NCBI RefSeq assembly: GCF_000143415.4 | Contig: NW_003314297.1 | Coordinates: 186,001-250,000 of the forward strand | Length of the DNA: 64,000 bases | Reading direction: 5' to 3' | DNA from: Selaginella moellendorffii | Taxonomy: Eukaryota; Plantae; Lycopodiophyta | Part shown: piece after piece, positions 1 to 13,139 of the stretch | Layout of the letters: each line of letters begins with the position of its first letter | How positions within the stretch are numbered: position 1 is the stretch's first letter | The notes under the pieces: generated by a model | The model's input: only the letters and a program-made list of their open reading frames with translations | What the model was told of the DNA's origin: nothing | The model's database searches: none | Translations under genes and position numbers: made by a program

Positions 1-72
1 GCAATCTCTTTTTGGTTGCGTGTTAAGTACTTTCCTCCTTTTATCTTTGAGCAGACTATGTTGCAGCCCATC

Positions 73-224
73 CCAAGAAAAGCAATCGCTATCTGGCCAG
101 CAGCGCAGTGCCGCAAGAGAAATTTCGTTTGCCTTCGGTTTTCATGGATGTGTCTTTGCTGATTTATAATGCAGTCTTGGCAGCGAGGATAATGAATGCA
201 ACGCTTGTGCTGCCGGAGTTGGAT
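73..224 (+). pseudogene. Degenerate fragment of a plant O-fucosyltransferase-family (DUF246/GT106) gene
   Basis: 162-224 translates to IYNAVLAARIMNATLVLPELD. Upstream pieces PKKSNRYL and QQRSA match the family motif NGYL..(NGGLN)QQRSAICNAVLAARIMNATLVLPELD, but the NGGLN part is deleted and homology ends after ELD. Confidence 0.7.
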
Positions 225-2171
225 TACCAACGAGAGTGCCACCACCTGGCCTCCAAAATCACCTTGTCCAGTAGAACGATATAGAAGGTCCTTTGATCTT
301 TTGCTTTCTCGTCCTTGATCGTGATAAAGAGCAAACACTTGTGTTTCTTGCACAGGGACCGCTTTGGTGGTGTGGTTTCTCGCCATCAGCGACACCTGGT
401 TTGTGTGTTTGTGTTGTTGTATAAATCTCACTAATAGGTGTCCACTTGCTCAGGAGCTTGGTTTCTTATCTTGTCTCCACTAAGGTAAGCAGTCATCTTT
501 GCTTCGGGTACTAGCTTTGCCTGGAGCCGCTCTCGACTTTGGGATCAGGTAATCCTTTTAATCTGTTAGTTGCAAACGGCTAGCTTTTTTCAGCCAGCCA
601 GAGAACGACGAGCATAGCGACTTGTTCCCGGCCATCGTTTCTACCTGGATGATTTTGGTTGTGCCGTAGATTTGAACAGGAAACAGCGGCCAATTTGCTC
701 TACTAGAGAAGCAAGGAGCTTCGTTTTTGCTAGCTTTTTTTCCCGAGAAGGACACGCCATCTCCTGGGACACGCTCCTGCGCACGATCGAAATGGCGTCG
801 TAATTTGCTCGCTACTTTCGATCGCATGCCACAGCACTGCGAGTTCTCGTGCTCTGTCGAATGCCGGGCCTTATGTCGGAGCTAGTGTCGGTTGCCTACG
901 CCTGTTTGGACATGGCCGGCGGGCTTTTGCCGCCATGATCACAAGCTATACACTATAAGTCTTTGCTTCGTACCGGTCAACGGTAACGGTTAGTTCTGGA
1001 GATGATATAATCCGCCAGAATCCGAGGTTTGAATCCATGATCGTCTACCTCTTTCGTCTTGTCTTTTGGGATGCGATGGCGCAGAGGGCTTTCTGCTATA
1101 GTGGTGCTCTGTTCGAACCGATGCCAGTGATGAACCCGGCGTCCTTGACGTCTGTCAAGATTGAATTGAGCCAATGATGCCACGGCAAGAACTGTTTTTG
1201 TATCAACGTATGCCCAAAGTCCTATGTTGATTTCGCAGCGGGATATTATAACCTGACCGGTTTGATCAACCACAATACCACATCTTTCTGGATCGCCGTT
1301 GCTGGCGTGTGCATGCCCGACCACAACGAGAATCGTTCTGGCATTCTGCGAGGCAAGAGAATCGTATGGCGTCGAGCATCTCTTTTCATGTTAATCCAGC
1401 ATGTTCTTTATGTACGAGGGTTAGTTGTTTTATCGGCCTGGCCTGGCGAAAGCTGGATTATAGAATGGAAGGAATAGAGTGTGATGACCTACTTGTGAAT
1501 TAAATCCAGCTGCATGCACTCTAACTTGGTCTCCTCTCTCTCTGACCATAGCATTTGGAAAAAAATGTATGTAAATTGAATTCTCTGTAATGCATTGTTA
1601 ATTTCTTAGAAGATAAATAAGTATATAAAAAAACTATACTAAATGACTTATACAAAATAGTGAACTCTAAGTGCAAAAACATCCTGGAAAGAAAAAGATT
1701 TTTTTTTTATTATTAAAACAAAATTTCTTTAAGACATAAATATATATGATTGAATTTTGTCAAATTTATTTTTTTATTTTATTTTATGCCAAGCTCTAAA
1801 AGATTTTCTATTTAATGTCATGTATATAGGTCGTAAACTATGCATCTTATAAGCATTATAATAACAATCTTAACTACTTTAAATTTTTATTTTTAAGTTG
1901 CTTGAAATGAAAAGTATTTAATTTGATTATAACCTTAATACATGTGGCTCTTTAAATATTAAAATAATATTTTAATATTTATAATTATTTTAAAGCTGGT
2001 CCAGAATGTTTTTTTAATTTAGAGGGGAGACTAGTGTTTGTTTTAATTAACTTGTATATGTCAAACACCTTTATTAAATATTTATGTAACTTTTTGAGTT
2101 TTAAAGTGGCTTTAAAACTATAGATATATATATAAAATTAAACTATCGGTTTTTGCATTATTGTAGTTTCT

Positions 2172-2772
2172 CAAGAATTATTAAATTTATTTTTCATTCA
2201 TATTTTTTGTTGATTAAATACTAAAGTTATAATTTAAAATATGATTTTGACATTATTTTCTCAATTAATTTTAACCAAATATGTTTAAAAATTTGTATAA
2301 ATTTCTAGCTTTTGGTTATTTTCCATGTAATTATTAGCTTTGACATTAATTATTAAAAAATATAATAAAATATAGATCTAGAATTTTGTATTTTTAGAGT
2401 TTATATTTATAGTAATATTTTTATTTAAGTTGCGATAGTTTTAATAATTAAAAGTAATTGAAAATGGTGAGAATTTGGTGGGAAATTTTATGAAGGCAAA
2501 AGAGGGCCATGAAAAGTAGCAATAGAAGTGTTTGTGCTTGCGATTGTAGCACCCTCATTGCTTGCTCCCAAGCTAGACATTGGTTTAATATATTATCATA
2601 TTTTAAAAAATAATGTCAAAGTTAATAATTACATGTAAAATAACTAAATGCTAAAATTTTATATAAATTTTAAAGGATATTTAGTTAAAAGTAATTGAGA
2701 TAAAAAAATTTATTTTAAATTATTCTAGTCAACAGAAAAATATGAATGAAAAAATAAATTTAATAAATCTTG
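2172..2772. repeat. AT-rich fold-back element with long imperfect inverted arms (MITE/Mutator-like)
   Basis: 2172-2373 is the diverged reverse complement of 2587-2772 (ttattaaatttatttttcattcatattttt vs aaaaatatgaatgaaaaaataaatttaataa; catgtaattattagctttgacatta vs taatgtcaaagttaataattacatg). No target-site duplication recognised. Confidence 0.7.
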
Positions 2773-3555
2773 TGGCACATTGCCTACACCTGGCCCTTCT
2801 TTTTCTTTGGTAAGTATGATTCTTTGTTATGATAATATCGATTATCAGGTGCAAGTCTTAGATGGAATGTATAACATAGCTTCTACAAGGAAAGGATGCA
2901 TGATGATGATCTCCTCATAGCAAAAGGGAGGACGTTCGAGGCAAACCCCAGGCAGCCTGATACTGTCTTCGCACTGCTTAACTTGGCTGCTCTTTCTTTC
3001 TTCATGTCTGTCTAACAATTATCTCAGCTACGACCTGTTTACCTCGCGGCTTGCCCACATGGTAATGCTTGAAGCTCTTCTAGTCAGCCATTGCCAGGGT
3101 TAGTGGAGTTCTCACTCGTGTTTTTCTGTCGTCCAGGCTGCTGGTGTTCATCACACTTTTAACGCTTCTGTTCCCGTGCCAGCATTTTGATGGTATCCTT
3201 GGTTGGCTCGGGAGCAACAAAACATCAAGGCCCGTCGTTCCTAGCAAGGACCTCTATACAATTGCAAAACTATCCGGAGCTAACGTGTAACTTGACGCAG
3301 GTACAGCCGCGTTGCAAAACATGCGTCGCAGGGAGGCCTCCCACACCAAAACCTGGCTCTTCTCTCACCCGGTTATGCAGATTCTTATGAGAGATAAGTG
3401 CCATGTGCAGTGATAACAATCCAGTATGCACGCATCGATGAATCCAACGGTTGTAGATTGCCCGGCGAAAAGATCGATTTGGTTTCGGTGGCTAGAATCG
3501 AACACGGTTTCAACGTAGGCATAGGTATTGAAAGAAAAAAAATAAGGTCATTCTA

Positions 3556-4869
3556 ATGGAAGCGAAAAAGGTCAGGAGCGCAATCGAGAGGCTGCCGGAT
3601 GAAGTTTTATATGATATCCTCTCGCGTGTGAGTAACAAAGGTGGCAAGGACTATGCCGGGTACTGCTTGGTTTGTAAGAGGTGGAATCGAGTTGGTAAGG
3701 AGGTTGGACTGGATGTGTCGATCGACTACCCACTGGAGTGGCCGGCTTTCCAGGGAGGAGGTCTCGAGCTGGGTCGGATCCGGAGGCTTAGCATCGACAT
3801 GTATTTGGGCAGTGATTACTCGTGGCTGGTGGGTTTAAGCGACAGACTCGAGGAAATCACTATAGATGGCGGCGTGTTGGAACCAGACAAGCCCTTTGAT
3901 CTGGGGTGCCTTTTCAAGTGTTCTAAGCTCAAATACATGTCTCTAGCCAGGGTTGAGGTTCGTGAGATGGCGAGACATGGCTGTGGGAACACTGAGAGGA
4001 TGCTGGTGTCATTTCCGGCCCTCACTTGCTGCATGCTCAAGAAGGTCGTTGGTGTTGAGCTTCAGCAGCTTCTGGATTCGTGTCCAAGGCTGGAAAGGCT
4101 GGAGGCGGAGATGTTTGGGTTCAATGGATTATTGCGCTCAGCAAGGTTGAGAGAGTTGCGGCTGGAGGCAGAAGCTGGCGGGGATTTTAAGTTGGACTTT
4201 CCAGATCTGGAGGCTGCTTTTGTAGGTGATTGCATGAAGCTGGAGCTGAAAGCTCCGCGTCTCAAGCGTCTCTCACTTGGTTCTTGCCAAGAGCTTGTTA
4301 GCTTGGACCTAGGCAGCCCACTGCAGAGTCTAGATCTCTACTCGTCTGGATTTCGAACGGCTGCAGCTGTGGACAGGAGACACTTTGCGTGCGTAAGGCT
4401 GAAAAGCCATGGATGCCTGACAGGAGGATATTGTGCGCACAAGGTTGCCAAGCTGATACTGGTATTGCCGCAGCTGAGGGAATGCAAGGAGCTGACAATA
4501 AGTGGATGTTGCGATTGCCATCCGTGGAAGTGTTCCGAGACGGATCAGTTGTTCTCCAGCCACGAGGTCGAGCTTCCATGTTACAAGCTGACAAAAATCT
4601 ACATCGAAGACAACAAAGGCTCGGGGCTGGAGGAGATGCTGGCTTCACTCGTCAAGCAGTGTCCAGCATTACGAGCTCTCGAAGTGGCGGGCGTTCCTGA
4701 TGAACAATTTCTAAACAAGTTGAGGGCGTCCTCGTGCTCCATTCTGCAGGAACGTTTGGACAGAGGGGTACAAGGGGTGCAGTCAAGGAGATGTACACAA
4801 CATGTCGACGGTTCCAAGTTAAGAATACGATTGCTCAGAGACTCAATCCAAGCTGTTTCCTGCAATTAA
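3556..4869 (+). CDS. F-box/LRR (RNI-like) protein
   Basis: 437-aa intronless ORF with an N-terminal F-box (IERLPDEVLYDILSRV...LVCKRWNRV) followed by LxxLxL-type repeats (CPRLERLE, APRLKRLSL, CPALRALEV). Confidence 0.85.
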   Translation: MEAKKVRSAIERLPDEVLYDILSRVSNKGGKDYAGYCLVCKRWNRVGKEVGLDVSIDYPLEWPAFQGGGLELGRIRRLSIDMYLGSDYSWLVGLSDRLEEITIDGGVLEPDKPFDLGCLFKCSKLKYMSLARVEVREMARHGCGNTERMLVSFPALTCCMLKKVVGVELQQLLDSCPRLERLEAEMFGFNGLLRSARLRELRLEAEAGGDFKLDFPDLEAAFVGDCMKLELKAPRLKRLSLGSCQELVSLDLGSPLQSLDLYSSGFRTAAAVDRRHFACVRLKSHGCLTGGYCAHKVAKLILVLPQLRECKELTISGCCDCHPWKCSETDQLFSSHEVELPCYKLTKIYIEDNKGSGLEEMLASLVKQCPALRALEVAGVPDEQFLNKLRASSCSILQERLDRGVQGVQSRRCTQHVDGSKLRIRLLRDSIQAVSCN

Positions 4870-5878
4870 GACTCCCTTCAAAAAATGTATTTAGTCAAAT
4901 CATAGAGACTTTGTCTATTGTACGGTACCGTACGTTCACTTAATACTTTAAACACGAGCAGTTGTGGTGGAATTGCTTGAAGAATGCTTGCTTGCTTTTG
5001 TTTTCTACTCCTCCAAAACCAGGACTGGCTGGGGCAGAAGAGGCACAATACTTTTGGATCTCTAGCAGAAAGTGTGGAAATGAGTCCTACCAAAGGATTG
5101 GCTGCAAGGAATTACATTAACCTTAACAGCTATAATGATATTGAACCATGTTTCTTATTATGGACATTCAAAGGGAATGACAAACACACTCATGAAGAAG
5201 AAAATGAAGTCAAGCGGATAAAAAACCATTAATGGGACAATTCCAGCGGTCCAGTATCAGTGGGTGCAGCGCTCGTAATCCATCCTTTGAAACATAGGAG
5301 AACATCCAGTGTGCTTGCAATGCTGTAGATCTCCTGCTTGCTGGGAAACGCCGGGAAAGCGGCGCCGCTCGAAGCGCCTGCCTATCAAGCCTATGAAGTG
5401 GACATAGTAATAGGGGCCTGGTCTCTGTCTGCGGCCATCAGTGCCCACAAACACCTCGAGAGGAAGGAGGTGGTGTTCTTGTCCAGGCCATGCATCATAC
5501 AAAACATATCGGCTACAAGGCCACGAGGAAATAGCACGATGTTGCACCCCTGTCGCACTGTCAAAACATTAGGTAAGATGGATCGCTTCCGCCATCCCCC
5601 CAAAAGGAGTGATCGTATTTCTCCTCCATACACCTTTGTTAAGAAATGTATGTCTTAAGTGTGCTTTCGTTCGTAGGCGAACCAAAAAATGCAAGCCGCA
5701 CAATTCTCCGGCTAGAATTCCTCTTACCTTTTATTACTTTTTTTTTTCTAGAATTTTCCCGATACTAAACTTAACCGCCTAGAGGCTTACGAATGGAAAT
5801 GGGATTTACAGACTTGACTTCGATCTTTTGGTTTTGCTGGAGATCTTTCTTTGCTCGAGAGTTTCTTCGTTTTTGTAG

Positions 5879-8835
5879 CTACGACTGATGATCGTGCTCG
5901 TCCGCAACTCGCACAGGAACAACGGGAATGCTGTTCCACCACTCTTTCATTCTCCTGTTAAATCGCTCGGAGCTCTCGCGACGTACGTGCATTTGCCTCG
6001 TGAAGATATCCAAGAACACGGCGAGGGCGATCCACCGGAGTGGCAGCGCCGCTAGAACCAGCGCCAGTCCTCCCAGAATTGCTAATACTTGATCGGTCGC
6101 CTGTGGAGAAAATCGAAAGTTACCGCCCATGGGTATGAAACTCTGAAGCTTACCTCTGGTTGAGCCGAGAGAAGCAAGGCGCGAATCTTCAAGAGGAAGA
6201 TGTTTGCCGCTTGGATCACGCCCTCCAGCTGCGATATTGCTTGCTGCAGCGCCATGAGTTGCTCCAGTGTGCTTTGGCCTGGTGGTATGGGGACGACAAT
6301 CTCGTGGTCTCGTTTGCCTTTGGAGCTGTAGCGCAGCCAGAGGATGTACAAGACGATGACGAGGAGGAGAAGCGGTGGAAGGTATCGGACCCAATCTCTG
6401 CAAGGACGGATTTTTAGCACAGCGACGCCACTAGCGAAAAAAAACTCACCTATAAAATATATACGAGAAGAGCAGACAAAACATTGCTGCCTTGAATGGC
6501 TCCCTCCATGAAGCGACATCTTGAAGCCAATTTACGAAGTTTACAGCAGGAATACTTAGCTCCTGTAGTTGCAGAAACGTGTAAGAGAAAGAGAAAAGAG
6601 AAAATCATGGAGGTACCTTCATAATAGCGACATTGGTACCGATTCCCTCAACTCTCACGCCTTCGATCGTAGACTGCGCCAGTTCAACTTTTCTAGAACT
6701 GCTTCGAGCCTGCTGAACAGCCTTTTCCAGCTGAGTGTAGTCGCCAATCAGCACTTCTCCCACAGGGATTCCAGCGTCCTTGTAAGCATCCGTTCCCAGA
6801 GCTGAAAGTTCGGTCACGGCAGCACTGGAGAAGATTCGAGAGCCTCGACTCTCTCGAGAAATCTCGTTTTCTCCCTCTGCGGCTCTCTTCAGACGCTCTG
6901 CTAGTGCCTCTAGAACCATGTCTCCGCCAGGTAGTTCCTCCGTCAGCGAAAAAGTGAGTAAGGCTTCGGGATTTCTCGGAAGCATATGGTAAGCTTCCTT
7001 AGTCGCACGAAGACGTCCACATCCTAAAACAGCTCTGGCACGGGCTTCTGACCGTCCAACACCTTCCAGACTAGATGACCTTATGAACTGATGAGCCATG
7101 ATCACCTCACGAACAATCGCTAGCCAGTAATCGCGACGAGAGTGGCCCGTCAACTCGGGAAATTCTATCACCACGGGGTCCGACCTGTTGTGATACTTTA
7201 CCATCAGGATGATACAACGTAGAAACTGAATATGACTTACAAGTTCTCCGACTTATAGGTAATCGCCTTGTCAAAAAGCCGAGCTCCCCAAGGCCCAGTC
7301 AAGTCTGGTTTCACAGTATGGTGGAGATCAACAGATAAATCGTACTTTTTAGGTGCATCATAAGATACAACTCCTGCTGCTTCGAAGTACAATGCTCGAT
7401 CTGTCAAAGTCAGCCGTCCTGCACAGAGCAACACATAAGATCCCTCATCATCAAACACAGAGGGTTCCTACCCGGCCAAGTTGACATATTAATATGCTGA
7501 AGAACTGGCTGAGTTGTGACTGTCCCATCCACATCTATGATCATCTCTCCTTTTGATAGACGCAGATTCGAGACGAGTGAAGGTGTTGCCAGGTTTTTCA
7601 TAGACTTGATCGTTCTGGAGGAAGAAAAAAGAAAAAAAATAAAAGCTTAACTACAGAAACTAAGAAAACCAGCACCGACATACTTGTCCAGCTCTCCAAT
7701 GTACTTGTCATATACAGGAAAAGGCAGCCGCCCCCCGGTGGTAGCAGTGAGTGCATCAAACTGGCAGTGTACTGTGATCATGTCTGCTACCACCGGCATA
7801 GCTGGAGCTAACCGGCAGAATGCGTCGGGGCCAACAGTACTCTCGACATCAACCTGTAAACCAGCACTAGAATTCTTGTAAGAAACGCAAGAGAACGAAA
7901 TCAGACATCTATCAGATAGCCACCAATAAAATGAAGACCCCTTTCTTTTTCGTTGCTAAGTCTACCTCTCCCAAGGAAAACTTCCCATGCTAAGCTGAAG
8001 TGTAAGAGTGGAAGAAAGAAGACCATCATAGGCATCAGATCGGAATAAAAGAGCGCCGAGTCTTCCTCATCCTTGTCGCCAGCCATGATTCCTTGTTCCT
8101 TATCCTTCTGCCATTGGGGGTGAAGCTATTAGCACGAACTTCACCCCCTCTAAGCTTCTACAGACTAGACTAGTCTATCTACACTGAGAAATCCTATACT
8201 GCATGATAAAAGATGCAGCTTGATAAAACTACGTGAATCGTACCTGATGCGAAGCTATCGCAATGCTTGATCCTTCTGGTCCAGTTTCATGATCTAGATG
8301 CTCTCTATGCTTACGTGTAGCTGCTGGAGACAACACTCACCTTAACAGTGGGCTTATTCGCAGCTCCGGGAGCTTCCCACGCGAGCATCATATCGAAACT
8401 TAGACGGCGGAACTCCTTGTCACTCAGATGATCCGAGGTCTGCGTCGCCACCGACAGAGCTCGAAAGGAGCAGTACTCGAGAAAGTTTCGAGCATATCTT
8501 CCAGGCGTCTTTGCCGGCAGCGGAGCTTCCTCTTCGAAGCTCCGCTTGAGATCATCGATCTCGAGGAGAAGGATCCTACAGGACCAAGATCAGCCTTGAA
8601 AAAAAAAGAGATTTTTTTTCGCTTCCACTTGCCTCGCACAACGTCCCACAACAACATTGGCTAGAGGCGAGAGCTCCTTGATCCATTTGCGAGTACCTGA
8701 TGGACTGTGCTCCAATTTCACTTGCTGGGCCTGGGGCGATGGCGCCTTGCTGCCGATTGCCCCAAACAGGCTCCTCATGGTGCTATCGGCCATGATATTC
8801 TCCACCAAGCTCTTGCCCCTGGACAGCACAGCCAT
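5879..8835 (-). CDS. Plant DUF639 family protein (multi-exon)
   Basis: Exon peptides ELSPLANVVVGRCAR, TTQPVLQHINMSTWPG, RLTLTDRALYFEA, PVVIEFPELTGHSRRDYWLAIVREV and RRMKEWWNSIPVVPV are typical of DUF639. ATG at 8835, stop at 5879-5881, short GT-AG introns. Confidence 0.85.
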
Positions 8836-8891
8836 CGATCGATCGCTCACACATCCGCGAGCGCCGCGCAATCGCGGAGCTGCATCTCTCA

Positions 8892-8900
8892 AAACCCTAA
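8892..8900. promoter_or_regulatory. Telo-box (AAACCCTAA) upstream of the DUF639 start codon
   Basis: Exact AAACCCTAA. The same core AAACCCTA lies just 5' of TOP3B (20481-20488), SUD1 (33143-33150) and OEP16-4 (60089-60097). Confidence 0.45.
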
Positions 8901-8993
8901 TCTCTCTCTCGTTTTCTTGAATTTAATTCATGTCGCGACACGTGTCAGTGCCACGCTCGTATGACATGCATGGGGTCGAGAAAAATTTACAGG

Positions 8994-11900
8994 CTAGAGG
9001 CCCAGTATCGTGTCAACAAATACTGAGCCATTGATTTCCTTTGGTAGCGATTGGAGGTCGATCGCCTCGCCCATGCAAACATCCACGCATTTTTGGAGCT
9101 CTTCCCTGTCAAAACGAAAGTTTTGATCCAATCTAGAAACGAAGAGGCAATTTCAACACTACTTACTTTGAAAGAGGTTCTCCCTCCGTTTGAAGGAGAG
9201 TAAACAGAGTGTCTCGAGAGAACTTTCCCGTCGATAGATCAGCTCCGAGGATCTGCGAAGATCGTAGATAAGCTTCGGAAGCTGGTGTACCAAAATCACT
9301 TACGTTGAAAGCAACTTGAAAGAGTGACGCATTGTACTCGATCATCGACTTGTGGTTTGCGTAGAGCGTCACAAAGCTCTCAAAGTCGAGGCTGTTTGGC
9401 GGTGTCTGCTTGGCTCGCTCGCTGGCCGGGGACAAAACGAGCGTTACAAACATGCAGAGAAGCAAAAGCAGGCACTACTCACGAGGGGAGAGCGATTTCG
9501 TGAAGTATGTCGCGAATGTATGAATTTGATGGATAAACACCCACCGAACGTAAAATGTCGGGAAGCTGCTCCAGTGGAGTTGTATTATCTAGATTACGCT
9601 CGTCCAGGAAATCCTCTCCCTGAAAAAAAAAAGTATTTAGATTTGGCCCACGTCTATTATGTGGTTATTTACCTGTGCACGGATCTGTGAGCAGAAAAAC
9701 TGTTCCCTTAAGCTCTGCAGAATCATTCTGCCTTCGGCACCTGGTGGCAGCATTGGATAAGGACCTGCACGATTCCATTCGTCTTCCAGAGCAGTGTCAA
9801 GCAACGGCATGCTCACCCTCCAAACAATGACAATGCTGCCAGGAGAAAACTGATTTAGTGCTAGTTCAAAAAAAATAAAAATTCTTTTCCATGCCTGTCG
9901 ACTCCCGCTGTCATAATATATTGTGAATCGTGCGATATTGCCATCGAAGTTATAGGACCGGCATGGGCTACAACACCCATAATGTGCAAGTTCATTTGAT
10001 CGGCAGCTGGAAATGTTGTTATCCCGAGAATTTGTTCTCTGGTTACATATGCAAGATAATCCTGCAAGCCGAAGGGTAAGAGAACGTCATACAACATACT
10101 CGCATCGTACCTTTCCAGCTTCACCGCCAGGAAGCCTGACCATCTGGCTCACAGGATTTCCAAAGCTTGGACCAAGAAATGTTTTCTCGCAAACGTAGTT
10201 ATCAGTCTCATAGACCCGCAACTTAAACCCTTCGTCGGTGACAAGCACTTGCACCTGAATAGCATACGCATGTAAATGTCTCCAGCGAATTCGAAGCCGA
10301 GACAGTTATACCTCTCCCGACTTTGGATCTATTGATGGAAACAATGACGATGGCTTCAGTAATGACCCGAGTTCCCACGTTCCCCTCAAATTAAGTCCCA
10401 CATCCGTATCTGATTGAACTAGATCATACTCGACAAGCATGTTATCCTGTGAATGGCCGCCTAAACATCAATGCGTTAACAAACAAAAGTATATGAGTAC
10501 CTGAGCAACAGAGAATAATCTGCTGAGACCCCGACGGTCCAGAATAAACTGCAAACCAACAATAGGCCTCGCATGAGACCTGTATTTACCAATGTATAAC
10601 CATCTTCCGTCATCCTGATCGCGGAAACAAAAGAGTTCAAAAACTTATAACTCCTACTTAATGTTATCAGAACCTGGTGTCTGCAGCTTAGCAGAGCGAC
10701 AGCACAACTTCCATCTGCTGCTGCCAAAAGCGTTCCATCGTGGGAGAACGCGAACTGCAGTCAAAATAGCAGCGCGTCACTTTTTGGCAACGGCGATTGC
10801 ACATTATTACCTTGTGAAGGGTAGATGACGAAAATGAGAAGCTCTGTATATCTACCAAAGTTTCTGCATTAACAAGCTGCGACAGCAAATAGATCGTCAG
10901 CGAAACTACTACAAAAAGCGTTCTTACCTTAGCAATACCATTTGTGAAACCACAAGCAATCAAGGAAGCCGTTGGGGAGTACTTGATTATTGAAGCCTGG
11001 CAATTGCATGGTCTGCAAAATGTTACATGACGGATTGGGACGACTTATTTGAGATTTGGAAATGACATTTACCTTAAGATATGAAAACTTCCTCTCGTTC
11101 ACAAGCTCTCTTGTGCTATAATCGTGAACCTATTTCACGTGAAAATAACACCAAGAGTGTTGTATAGTCTAGCTAACAAACCTGAAACAATCCATCCGTG
11201 CTAATAGTTGCAAAGCAAGGCAGCAAAGGATGTCCAGTCATAGATTGAACAGTCTCTGGCAGGTATTCTGTTACCTCTTCACCCTGATAGAACAACCAAA
11301 ATTCGATCGCATTATAATTATCAGGAACAACTGTACCTTGCATGAAGCAGACCCTGGCTGTTCCTCAAAAATACCAGCATGGAGAAGAAGAATGTGTGCC
11401 TTCCTTGTACCAACAACAAACGGAGGTACTTTGAGCGAGTTATATGCAACTTCATCTTCACTTTCTTCAATAGCGGAGAATGAGAGGGAAGTAACCTCGC
11501 CTGTAAGGAACGCAATACTCAATAAGATGCGTTTGAACAACAAAGTTACCTGCTGCTAGCTCCTCAAACCACCCAGTGAGACCTATTCTTGAGTCATAAA
11601 AATGTAAATAGCCATCTGACCCTCCGGTTGCAACATACTGCTTGATTGTTGTCATCACTAGAATTGCCGAGTTGTGAAGCTTGATCACTTTGGTAGCTTG
11701 CATTGTCCTTGGCTTTGGATCTTCCGAATCATCTGAATATACAGACCTGCAACGTCTCTCAGTCAGCGAGCTAGATGGCTCTTTTGGTACGATGCTTACT
11801 GCTCCCATACAACTACATCGCCATCAGTTGTTGCAGTTATAGCGAATGCGGTATTCGGTACAAAGGTTGTGACTGTAAACAATCCAACCGCTTGTTTCAA

Positions 11901-12836
11901 CTCCGCTGCCTTTAGAACAGCTTTCAGCCCCTCCAAAGATCCTCTAGCATTCTCCTTCTGCAGAACACAGGATTTTTTTATCTCCATCAATACAAACTAG
12001 CTACTAACCTTGACATGCCTCCAAAAGTAAACACTCTTTTGTCCATTGGTGACAAGCTCAGTTTGATCACCCCCATTGAAGCGCACGCAAGTCTGAATGT
12101 ACACAAGAGTAAGAGAAGTTTTCTCAGCTGCAAGACAAACTTACTTGCGGTTTTTTGGAGGCCACAACAGCGGCAGCAAGCGGCTCGCCATTAGAAATCT
12201 CAACATCCCAAATGCAAAGCACCTGCTTGGAACAGTATTCTGCAAGCTACACCTTGTAAAAAAATTGAAAAGACAATTGCTAAGCTACGTTGGTATCGTA
12301 CCAGTGTCGCTGAGGGTAGCAAAGAGTGCTCCATCGGGAGAAATATCAATTGCTATAACTCCACCACTTATATCTTGTGCTACTGCTTTCACAGCCTACG
12401 AAGCAAAAATTCCTATCCAAAGAACTCACAAAGAAAAGCCATACCTGTCCGGTGGAAGAATCCCAGATGATAATCGCGGCGTCCGGGCCACAGTCTGCCG
12501 ATATTATGTTGCTCTTGTTAGGAGTTGGAGCCAAGCATTTGATCTGGTGGATGTGTCCTTGCAAGATTGTCTACACGCACAGCAAAATCGCTGGAATCGA
12601 GAGGGCAAATCGATCCAAATACCTGGCGATGCGAGGGACAGTGATGAATAACGATCGCATTCCCAGCGGCATAAGCTACGCAGTCGCGATCGTTCGTCCT
12701 AATGTCCACAACGCCACAGATCACACTGCTCGAAAATCCATAGACGCGATGGATGTCCTAGAGGATCCATCACTATGGATGTCAAAGAGGATTGATCGAT
12801 CCAGGGCGCGCTTACCAGAGCCTGTGGACACTCCAT
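8994..12836 (-). CDS. CFAP251: Cilia- and flagella-associated protein 251 (WDR66), WD40 repeats plus C-terminal EF-hand-like region
   Basis: Spliced N-terminus MECPQAL/DIHRVYGFSSSVICGVVDIRTNDRDCVAYAAGNAIVI../QGHIHQIKCL..ISADCGPDAAIIIWDSSTG; internal HAGPITSMAISHDSQYIMTAG; C-terminal LLQTEGEPLSK..FVDTILGL*. About 20 short exons; internal boundaries not all resolved. Confidence 0.8.
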
Positions 12837-13139
12837 CCGGCTCGAGCAGTTAGGGCTCTGTTTCGAGCGGGAAAACACTCCCAAGTGCCCTATAATCGAC
12901 GGTTTAGGATCGTCGTACGAATCGACGAGCTGGAGTGGTCCACGTGGCTGATGTTCATGTTGACCTAAAAACTGAGAGAAGCATTACACTGTGGCAGGGA
13001 AGCAGGAGCGCCTGGGCGCTGCGCCACGACTCTGGATCGAGGAAGAGCTTCGCGAGATCGCCAGCAGCTAGCGAAGCTCTTGAATCGACGCCGCGCGTGA
13101 TCCGTGGAGATCTTTGGCGCGGGTAGGGTTCGTGTGTGA

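Noticed and set aside
300-1500. Short ORFs in moderately GC-rich sequence
   Set aside because: No family recognised and no consistent exon chain.
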